DNA of 34,194 bases from Catajapyx aquilonaris (taxonomy: Eukaryota). Of the stretch, positions 11,350 through 22,500 are shown piece after piece. The notes under the pieces were generated by a model that worked only from the letters and a program-made list of their open reading frames with translations, was not told where the DNA came from and did no database searches. The DNA lies in NCBI GenBank assembly GCA_000934665.2, contig KZ539079.1, positions 1 through 34,194 on the forward strand, in the 5' to 3' direction. Each line of letters begins with the position of its first letter. Positions within the stretch are counted from its first letter, which is position 1. A program made the translations under genes and the position numbers.

Positions 11350-12246
11350 CGGTACATTTCTCCCATATTCTCCCTTGCCTCTTGCTTTATTCTTTTAGAC
11401 TGCTGCTTTATGCAAATTAACAGCGAAAGGCTCCTTATCTAACTGTAAGTGGTTATAATCATGAGGCCACTTTAAGCTCCTGTATTATTTAGTTACAACA
11501 ATGAACTAGTACGCTACAGTTTTAATAGAGTACGTATTTTCACATTGTTGCGAATCTTCTTTATTGTTGAACTTTATTTTTTGATATCCATATATTAGAG
11601 AAATAATTAAGATATTTGACTTTTCTTTATTCTTCTGAATAAATTAGGTTACTTTTTAAATACTTAATTATGAATATCGCAGTGACTTCATTTTGGTGAC
11701 GTAATTGTTATTTGTTAATGAGGAGGAAATATCGTGTCAACAGTGAACACCTGCAGAATAACTCGTTCACACTGTAAAAATCAATTTTATTGAATCATGT
11801 ACTTCATGAGTATGTTACTGTATAGTACTATAGTTCAATAACGTTTACGTTAATCTCCAACACACAAACCCACACACACACGCTGCTGGCATAAAATTGA
11901 AATGTTTTAGTGGCCCAACAAACAACAAGGTAAAAGGTTTCAAATCGGTTTGGCAGAGTGTAAATTCACACCATTCATAAATTCATGAGAACATAATGGG
12001 GGTAAGAGCAAGAGCAAATGAAGGTCACTTTCTATACTGCATAATTATGGGCGCTGTACTGTGTACAACCAGGTTGGCAATAATTTTTATGTAGGTACTA
12101 CTGGATTACAGCCACAATATTTTAACAGCTGTAGTGTAGTAAATTGTCATCATGACATCATTAGCATGATTATAATAAGTCTGTACGTATTTAATGTAAG
12201 GTGTGATACCATATTATATGGCCCATGATAAACTTTCATGTTGCTG

Positions 12247-12929
12247 TAGGGTCATCGCAAAAGAATGTCCCAATTTTAAAACCCTATATAACTCGAAAAC
12301 TTGTAGACATACTGTATCTAAATAATTTAAGTTTTGAAATGTTAAGAAATGTCTAAAATTTTGATCTTACCATAGTTTGTTTCAATATGAGCTCCATTTG
12401 TCGCTCGGAAAATGCAAATAAGGTGATCGGTGTCGTGCCTAACCAGCTCAGGCCTGTCTGGCGTTACCGTTGAAATCTTATCCCGTGTGTGCTGGATATG
12501 CCGGATCTTTTCACCATACATGTATCTTCACAAAAAAGTCCAAAGGGGTATAAGATCTGTGCTTCTGGAGGGGCTAGGCATTGTGAAACTTCTCATTCAA
12601 GACTTCGTACACTGGAGGCTGAACAAATGAAACTTTGCTATTCCATGTTTGTTTCATAAATAAGGAGACTTTTAATGTGTATCATCAAAAACAAAGTGTA
12701 TGGTGTAAAGACCCGTCATCTCCAGCACCTACGGGATAGGATCGCAACGGTAACTCCAGATATGATCGACAGGGTTGGGAACAACACCGATTACCGCCTT
12801 TTTTTATCTGCCGTGAGACCAAAACCTTAGACATTTCTTAGCATTGCAAAACTTAAATCATTTAGATATGTCTACAAGTTTTCGAGTTAGGGGTTTTTAG
12901 AATTACGACATTCTTTTTCGATGACCCTG
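12247..12929. mobile_element. Tc1/mariner-derived non-autonomous element made of two inverted 3' ends
   Basis: Termini (C/T)AGGGTCATCG.AAAAGAATGTC with TA at the right end and long inverted arms. Both arms hold degenerate transposase C-terminal sequence: PSRSTDL.PL/DFF and VYGEKIRHIQHTRDKISTVTPD...RATNGAHIE on minus; KVYGVKTRHLQHLRDRIATVTPDMIDRV..TDYRL on plus. Confidence 0.88.
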
Positions 12930-15900
12930 TATTATGGTAAAAGTCAGCAAAAAGTTTCACTGCCAATATATTACTTAATGATTGTAATATCACTTTTTGA
13001 AAACTTGATTTGCAATAAAAGGAATCTACATATCTATATGGCAGTAAAATAACTGCAATACATATTAAATGACACTATATTCATTGCAGGGATTTCTTAT
13101 TTTGCTATCTGCTCCGCTACGCTGTGTTGTTTGGGAATGTGACTAGTTATCTTGAATGCTCAGCAGATATTTATAAACAAAATTCTATGCAGGACTGTTA
13201 GCAATGTGAATTGCTACCCTCCTTTGATAATACAATTTCATGAATTTTTTTAATGCGCCAGATGTTGACATTTCAAAGTAGGCCTAGATTTAAAGGTATG
13301 ACTTAAAATTTCTGATTTAAAGTATTACTAAAAAGGCATTCCCTCTTGGCATTACGTAAGTTGTAAGGTTACTCACTTTGTGTACTGGTTACCTAGAGCA
13401 CTTGTACTTGAGCGGAGAGCTCAGGTTACCCCTTGACGCCCCTTGACAACGTAAGTTCCTGTGATTGAATAGGCGCAACTACATACATACGAACTGAGTC
13501 ACGTTTAGGTAGAAATTGAGTTATGAATTTGTGTCATCTATTAATTCTATTAATGGTCAAGTCGATTTTACAATAAAAAGGCGGCCCCATAAAGAAACGA
13601 AAAGATCCATTAAGAAATGAAAAGATCCATTAAGATTAATGCAATCTCCCAACTTCAAGTTCAAACCATATCGCACAACTATTCCAATGTGACTCTGATC
13701 GTTCAGCATTTCGGGTCTTCATTTTTTAAATTTTTAATGAGGCAAGTGCTCAAGTGTATCGGGACGCATTATTACTACAGCTCTACAGGTCTACTATTAA
13801 ACTAGTGACTAATCATTTTTGCCACAAATATAAGAATAGTGAGAAAATAATCAGGCATACCGGTACAGAATGAGATGCCTTGTATCGGGAAATGCCCAGT
13901 GTGTCTTAATAATAAACCCTGTCAACGTGTGTCTATTTTTTACACATTACCAATGATACCTTACACAAATTACTTTAATGTATGACAGAAAGTCAACTTA
14001 AAATATTTTTATGGAATCTTATCAATGGCTGCACATAGGTTGAGCCATTTTGAATTCCAGCTCAGCAATAATTTTTATAAAAGTAGGTTCATCATATTAT
14101 TTGCAATGTTATATCAGCGCATTAAATTACCCCGTAAAATATTTCAATAAGCTGACAAAAGTATAAGCCTTATACACATATACCTCTCAGAATCGTCATC
14201 TCCAATCACAGTAGATGCTAGATTATGTGGGGTGGCCGTGACTTGTATGCGAAGAAACTATCAGGACAGTCCCACTTCCGTCGTTGTCAGTGGCACAAGT
14301 AGACGGATATTCGCACGAAAGCACACAAGTGCCAAAGCCCACCCATACAGTACGGGTACAACACGCACCACGCATCGATCATAGTCTGGTTAAAACCAGA
14401 ATTCCATCCAGCCAGATCTCATGTATGTTCCACGTGACATTGTCTTATGGAGGCCTAGACAAGCCGAGACCACATGCTAGCATTTTTTTATAAGTTGACA
14501 TGATTCATTTACCAGTGCAGTGTCCCATCGGTCGCCACTGATGGTCTATCCATTGGGAATAAAACATTCCGATTCGATTAGATGTCACTCAGGTTATTAG
14601 CCTGAATGAAATAGCAATGCTCCATTGTGGGTGATCTATTGGTGTTGCATAACGCCGTAGCCTTTTGCCTAGTTAAAAGTTTGACAGCTACATTGAAGTT
14701 GTTTAAAAAACTCCTTTGTAAAGGGTTGCTAAACGCGCAGTTCATATTAGAACTGCTGTGAAACTGAAAAACAATGGTGTGTCACACCATCTCTAAGTCA
14801 GAATTATTAATCACGCCTTAGACCTATTATAATATGACATTAGTGAGTCATCTTTCTATGGCATGCGTGTTTAAACTTCCTGCCAATGCAATGCCCTACA
14901 CTTCGCGACCAAAGACAAATTCGAACAATGCCAGCAGAGGGATCTACAGTGCGTCGAGGAGTGGCGGCTTTTTACCGCACTTGATTGGGGGGGGGGGGGG
15001 GGGGGNNNNNAATTTAAAAAAAAAAAACATTTATTGATTTTAAATAACGAGTAATTTTTAAAAACTTTAATTGTTTAAATCCGGAATTTACATGATTAAA
15101 ATACTTTTATTATTGTTGTAAATTCAATTTAATTCGCTTTAATTTATCTTTGAATGCTTGTTTTGTTGTTGATTTCTTAATAAGTTATATTAGAAGCTTA
15201 GTGGTCCTAAAATTAGCATGATTGTCCTGAACGCTTAAGGACAGGATCGGATTAACCGATAATACCTTGTGTGTTAGGGTGATAGTGGATGATAGTGTCG
15301 ATGGCATTTAGATCTGACTGACTCTTTATACTTCTTGCTGGGATTCCATGCGAAACTCACATTTTCAGTCACGCAAGTCTGCCATGCGTATAGAACTCAT
15401 TGAAAATCCGCTTCTCGCCGGATCCACCCTGCCGCCTTTCGTGTCAAAGTACATATAAATTATTCAGTGTCATCGTTCATGTCCTTTCCCTTGACTCACC
15501 ATTACCGGTTCATGTGGGGGGTAATCTGCCTCATATGGGAGGTTGACCCAAATTTTTCTGCGATATTGATGAATGCGGACTCCACTGCTATCAGAGCAAG
15601 AAATATGCAGCTCTAAGGTATGGACAAACATCAGATAATCAATAACATTTACCTCCTCTGTCGGTCACACCTGTTGGAAACATTGTTTGACAACACAGTT
15701 ATAATTTATAACTGATGATGCATAGTCTATGGTTTGACGACCGCTGAGTTGTAAGCACATGAAAATATTCAACGTATTTTTTCTACGCGAGGCCGGTTAA
15801 TATGAGATGTACTCCGACTGATAATTAATAGACCTACTGGTGTACCTTCTGAGTCTTGGTCAGTATTATACTCTGTTTGCCACGTGATCTGACCGACAGA

Positions 15901-16457
15901 TGCCTATACTCCTGGCACGCATACCGGTATGGGTTACATCACGAGAATATTGCTATTATGTGATTGTCTCCTTAGTAGCTCAGTGGATCTGAAATTGCTC
16001 ATTCGGTTGAAGCCTTATGAAACTCGAAGGAGACTATGACCAAAAAGCACCGTTTGTTTGCACCACTCTGTATGACGGAAACCTGCTCCCCCCACCCCTG
16101 CCAAAAATTTCCCTGCATATAATATAGCCTACGAAATGGCACTCGTCCAATTTGGAACTTTCCACCTGTGACATGGGGGCATAATTATATTGTTCCCAGA
16201 GTCATAATTTAAAACGTAACGTAAGTATAGTTTTGGAAATTTTTGTTTCACCTTTTATGATTACACTATGCAACGCGATATTTGTCCATGGAAATTCATC
16301 GTCGATGCGTCCAGTTTGCTGGCATGAATAGCAGCTCTCGAGTTGATGCATTCAAGTGGCTGAGTTCAGCGCAACCTTTTTAATAAATCCCGCCACTTAG
16401 CCGGCTTGCAAAGTGATACAAATTGCATGCAAAAACAGAAAATCCACCAAAAACTGC

Positions 16458-16468
16458 AAAAAAAAAAA
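16458..16468 (-). terminator. Pol III oligo-T terminator of 7SL
   Basis: T11 run on the minus strand immediately after the 7SL 3' end. Confidence 0.85.
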
Positions 16469-16770
16469 GTTGGTGCCGTGTCTGCCCGTATTGGGCTGGT
16501 TCCACCTGGAGGCCCCCTCCCAGGCGCGATCCCACTGCTGCCCTGCACGGGGGCTTTTGGCTGCTGGGTCTCCCCCCTGGCCCTGTCCGCCCCTCCCTAG
16601 AGCAACCTGGACGCGGTGGGCTCCCCCTCCGCTCCCATATTGGCACAGAGCTTGGTGCGGACGCCTGGTCAGCGAGGGTCCATCCAAGGGGAGGTGGTCC
16701 AGCCCTCATGGCATCCTCCGACACCTGCCTCCCAGTCGCAGGATTACAGGAGCGAGCCAACACTCCCGGC
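16469..16770 (-). ncRNA. 7SL: Signal recognition particle RNA (7SL)
   Basis: The minus strand reads GCCGGGAGTGTTGGCTCGCTCCTGTAATCC...GGAGGATG...GTCCGCACCAAG...CAATATGG...CCAGGTTGCTCTAGGGAGGGG...AGCAGCC...CCCGTGC...CAGCAGTGGGATCGCGCCTG, collinear with metazoan 7SL. It is about 302 nt with the Alu-domain UGUNR motif, a helix 6 GGAG tetraloop and helix 8 CAGG-GGG-GAGA-CCC-AGCAG. Helix 5 pairing is preserved (GGGCTGG/CCAGCCC, CCAGGCG/CGCCTGG). Confidence 0.96.
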
Positions 16771-16793
16771 AGAGACATGCTGAGAAATTCGGG

Positions 16794-16832
16794 TATTTAC
16801 GTTGCCTTTCACCGGGGGGAGGAAGGGCGGGG
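16794..16832 (-). promoter_or_regulatory. 7SL upstream promoter elements (TATA-like at -29..-24, GC box near -60)
   Basis: TAAATA at 16794-16799 lies 23 nt before the +1 G; GGGCGGGG at 16825-16832. Confidence 0.5.
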
Positions 16833-16839
16833 AATATAA

Positions 16840-17050
16840 TAATGATAATAATAATATACATTATTTATGAATAAAATAACCCTTGCTCATGTTATGATTT
16901 CTTATCAAAACTATATGTTTAAAATTTATAAATATATATTATTAAATATATAATTAAAAATTAAATATTATTAAATATTATAAATATTATTTATAGATCG
17001 GCCCAAAGGAGCAATAAATTTTTTTATAAATATTATATAGATCTGTTATT
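16840..17050. repeat. AT-rich low-complexity block upstream of 7SL
   Basis: Nearly pure A/T runs (e.g. 16915-16995). Confidence 0.7.
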
Positions 17051-19554
17051 ATTGATGTTGCCATGATGCAGTCGATGGCAGTGAAAAGAAATGGGAGAAA
17101 TACCTTTTGTTATACCGGTACTGTATTGACATGCAATAGAAAGATGGGTGCCGTGATAAGCACTGATCTCAACTCTTCACTGGACATATATGATTCGTTT
17201 GATTTATACCTTCATTCTTACTCTACTTTCTGAGCATTATCACGATTCACGAGACTCAAATTAGGCATGAGCATTATATTATTTATGTACACCTGGGTAA
17301 TTCATACTCTGGCAATAGCCACTCTCTTTTTATATATGGGAGAGATGCCCAATTATTTGTGTAAATGACCAGTCCAATCACAGTCGCATTTTGTTCTTTT
17401 TAATGCTCTGTGTACAGCTTGCAAACATGGATGTTCCCACCTTTTGCCCTTTTTAAAAACAAATCTGGACAATTTGTTGAAACAAGGGCAGAATATAAAC
17501 ATGAACATAGCTGGGTAAAAATTTACACGATAAATTAATAGAAAGTTAATGCATAATGTGGTCAGTACCGTACTACTTACAAGGGAACATCGCGACGTGA
17601 GAATAACGGATTTGTCCAAAAATCGCTCAGTGGGTAAATCACCTACGTAGAATTCACTGGTGAACGCAAAAACACCCACTTTGCAGCCATTTTCGAGATA
17701 TGAGTGACGACAGATCCGGCGCGCTCAATGCTGTTTAGAGCAGCCGCTTCGTAATCCACCGGTCCCGCTTGCTCTCTTTTTTTAAGGTCCTTCCTGACTG
17801 TATCTCTCACTGAAAAAATGGAGATGATTTGGCATTGAATCCAAATTCAAAATTGTATATACAGTCCAAAATCAGGTCCCCCCCCCCCCCAGAAAGGTTC
17901 ATTTTATCTAGTGTATTTTCATTTTTATACCAAGACTATCCGTGGTGAGAAATACCGTACTGTAGAGTACCGTACTGTAGAAAATAATTATTGAGTGTGT
18001 GTGTGTGGGGGGGGGGGGCAATATCCCCACCACATACGGCCTGTTGCGATTTATTTACTTTGGTATGGTAAGTTGGTCATTTGATGTGGTTAGCGTCGGT
18101 ATCCGTCGATATCTGTTGGAACTTGGAAGATGAAATAATATATTAGGATCAAAGTAATACTGTTTCATGTGAGGGCTAGGTCATAATTATATGCCCGGAG
18201 GAGAGATGGAAGATATTGGTTCTGGGATGTGAGCCATTGAACCTGCGTCTCCTTCTCTTGCTGTGAATAAAGGGTAACGTTGTGGTTAGTCGACTATTGT
18301 ATTTCCGGACTAAAACCTCTATTGGTCATTAACAATAATAGAGTTGCTGCAGAGATATACGTGGGCGGTGGGCCTTTATCAAATTTTCTTGTTATATTGC
18401 CTTCGGACTTTATTATGAACCACAAATTACAACCAGACGGGGAAAGAACATTATAGGTATTTGAAATTTAATACATATCCTAGGCATGCATGCTACTATT
18501 GTTACGTAATGTACATTTAGCTGGGGCGGTATTTCCGGCTGACTTATATACAACTGAGTCAACCACGTTTCTGATACCAAATTTAATGTTATGGATATAC
18601 ACGTCTATTTAAATTTGTCATCCAGCCAATTAGGAATATTGACTGACTCTGGCCTAATTTATAATGGGGTCATTTTTCCAACACATGGCACTCCATTCAC
18701 CATTAGCAGATGTGGTACCTATTATGCTGTATAATTATCTCACGCTCAGGAAGAAGCACATTAAATTTTAACTACTGTAATAAATTATGACTAACAAGTC
18801 ATGAGATACAGAGTACATATCTATACATTTGCAAGACGAAATTGGAATTAGTTTGATTACACTCCGGGTGTTTCGGATCACTTTCTGTGAATCTGTGCCA
18901 ATAATTTTCTAAAGTTGAATGTGTCGCAATATTGTTTCTGTAATGTTTCTGTGGCTAATTTTAAACGATAGCATTTTTAAAGCAATGGGTCAGGTTGCAC
19001 TCTTAAATCTCACAGTTCATTTACTTTTTCAATGCAGTATTAATATCGCTTATATCTGATGGTCATCGTAGGAAAATGCTCTCATGTAGGCCTACTCTAT
19101 AGTGGCACATAATGAAGTCCTGCTCAAAGAAAGAATTAATATTGTCACAATTCTAAGGACAAAAGGATGCTCTTTCACACACATTAGTCATTATCAGTAT
19201 TTTTATGCCCGAGGCGACCTAGAGAAAAATAGAATATTACAGCATTACCATGTTACACAATACAGTAAGTTTAACTATGACACTGCAGTGCATTTGGGTA
19301 AATCACAAACCTACGTGAACGAAACATTACTCAATGATATGATTTTAACACACTACTGCAACTATTGATATACGGTACTGTTCTAACAACTATTTGTAAT
19401 TCTGCTTATCAGTGACATTATTCCACTACTGTGAATCACACAAAAGTGTAGCTTTCTAGGACAACTCTATATGACCCAAGCACCTACAGCAAGGGATTTG
19501 TGACATGACAATAGGTGCCACTCGGTGACCCTGCGTTTGACATTTTGAAATGAT

Positions 19555-22500
19555 TTAAATTTTGGGAAAACGAGTCTTGATGGCAGAGCGCCGGAAGGCA
19601 GTCTGACGACGCATTGGTGGTGCGGAGTCTTCTCCTCCACTGCCGCTGGCGCTAAAGATAGGCCTTTGGCTCTGTTGATACATTTGCTTCAAAGCCTCCT
19701 TGCCTTGCAAATCCAATTGACCTTCGAAGTAGACGCTGTTCACGTAGTCCAGGAATTGATGGACCTTGTTTGGTAGCTCCGACACTTGCTGTTTTTTTAA
19801 ATTAAAATCGAATTAATTAATAAGCTATACCTTATACATTTAACTAAATTCAATATGAGTGCATTATGTTTAAAAATGATGATTTACCTTGTTTTCTTTC
19901 TCGGGGAGAGTGGGCTGAACCTTCTTGTCAGCTGCTACGGGATGTATGGATGTTGAACTCTTTCCAGCTCCTATGAAGTTCTTAAATCGATTAAGCATGA
20001 AGTCCACAATCTGATACTCGTTGGCTTTATTCGACAGATCGTTTTTCACCTGTAACCAGACAATATCCAATGTATTCATTGGCAACACTGGTTTTAGAAA
20101 AGGGTGTTACCTCTTCGAACGACGTGATGACAATGGTCAGCAGGACGTTGATCAGGACAATGGTGGTGGAAAAGACGAAAAAGAAGAATATAATGGACGC
20201 CAATTGGGATGTTCTGTGAATCTCTTCAAACTTGAATTTGGACAAGGCTGCTGTGAAACATGCCTCTACTGCAGAGATGAAGTTGGAATACTCGTACAAG
20301 TCCTTGTTAAGCAGGAGATAGAAGCATTGGACAAAAGATATGAAGCAGACGAAAAAGACTCCAAAGAATCCTAGCAGATCATCCCAGCATTTCCGTAGTG
20401 TGGCAGAGAGATATCCACAGCGCTTATTGAAACGGAGAAGTTTATTCAACTTCAGGATGCATATGAAGACCGCGAATCCGATCAGGTATCCCAGGAGTGA
20501 ATCCAACATAGATGCGTATTGCAAGCTGATGAATTTGTTTCCGTGGGTTTTGGCGAAGGTCTCAGTAATTCGGTCAGTTACTACCATCCGGATAGCGTAC
20601 ACAACAATGGCCGAATACGCTATGACGAGAACCGCGATTTCGCAGTAGTTCCAGTAATCCCTAAAGTATTCTCTCTTGTCCCGGCACATGGCTGAAAATT
20701 CTCGGTAAGAGTAATACAGAATGAAGAAAATGAAGGCTATTTCGCAAATAAAAACGACGAGGCCAAATCCGACGTGGTATCGAAGGAGACGGAATCCTTC
20801 AAAATTCCAACTGGGTTGAACTCCTCCTCCAGGAAGAATTTCTGCCACTAGGAGTCCGGAGCCAAATAAGTTGACCTACAACATTAATATTATAACTTTA
20901 TAATACGTCCTTAACATGTTAAAAAGGGAAATAACTGACCTGAGCATTGTATGTGTAAAATTCCAAAAATACCGCACGGGTAAGGTGGTCGATCCAATTA
21001 TTCAGTCGTAACTGGCGGAGAGTTTCGTTCAAAGATTTCCTGTCTCCTGACACTTCGAAAACGTAACCCCCACCACCATAACTATCTAGTTTTCCTAATG
21101 TGAAAGAACCTGATATTTCCTTTATTTTCTTGCGTCTGCAAAAATTCCATCGTTATGTCAAGTGCAAGGAATTGCTATAATGAGCATTAGATTTTTAAAA
21201 CATACCTGAAAGGTTCCACTTCGCAGTCTGGTTCTTTTATTTTATGGTTATTGTTAATTCGCCATCCGCTGCAATAATGTTTCTTGTCTTCATAGATAAC
21301 GTTTGAAAAGGACGAGCAATTACTAATGAATTCTTGCATCGTTGAGGGCACCCTGGATGTTTCAAGAAAGGGCGCATTTATTTCAACATAATTAATTTGT
21401 CAAGTCACGTCTCGTTTAAAAGTAAAGAGCCCTGATGTAATAATAAGTAATGCCTCATGAGAAGCAGAAAATGATAGAAACGCATGATGTAAAGTGTAAA
21501 TCCAAACTTACTTGCAAGTGTTAGGCTTTGCTCGAACTTGTCTTAGAAGGGCATTGCCTAGTAGTCGATTCACGCCATCATTTAAGTATCCTCTTAAACC
21601 ATATGGTGGTTCACCGTTGTACCAGTTTTGAACACGAAGTTCAAGCAATATGGTATTGTTGAGCGCCACCCACAAGTCATCAACAGTGTGAACCTTCAAA
21701 CGTGAGAGTTTTAATAAGTTAATAAATGTGAGAGTCAGACACATCATTTAAATTTTTCCGTCGTATGGTTCTCATTAGAGTGTATCACTGCTGTCTTGCA
21801 GCTGTGAAAATTTTCTAGTTCGATGTTTGTGAAGTAGTCGATAATTTCAGAGAAGGAAGGCTAGATTTTCTTACCAGAAATTAATCCCTCCCTCCAACAG
21901 CACACAAAACAATTTACACAAGTACAGGTAACAGTTTACCTTCACAAGTATACTACAAGTATAAGCAGATCTGAACAATTACTCAATAGTATACCTACGT
22001 ACTAAAATATCACACAGCACTAACCTTGTCAAACTTGTATCTGTAGACAAAGTTGTTGGTCAATGCCTTACTCATGTAAAATGCGACTGGATCTCTGTTA
22101 CCACGTCCAAGGCATATGACCACAATCAAAAATAGGAGATATGAACCGACTTCCTTCAGAATGGCCCTGAAGATAGAAATGCATTGTGGAACTTTTCTGA
22201 ATAATAGTGTAAAGAAGGCCTCATTTCCTACAGATACCATACATACCACATCTTAATTTCTTTCAGCCTTTTTTCTCTCATAGTTCTCAATCGTGCATCA
22301 CTTAATGGGCATGTCGACATATGAGTTGGAGCTGCCATGAATGCTGAAATGCAATAGTCAATACTCTGTGAAGTCCGGAACTGACTAATACAGCAAGCAA
22401 TATTACAATATTGTTAACATGCTATTAGATAATAAGTTCATTCGTTTGTCGCTATACCAGCTGGTTGATGTAGCCACCTCTCGTCAGATTGCAAATGTAA

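Noticed and set aside
16366..16874. Six overlapping GC-rich ORFs
   Set aside because: Explained by the 7SL RNA gene; the translations have no protein features.
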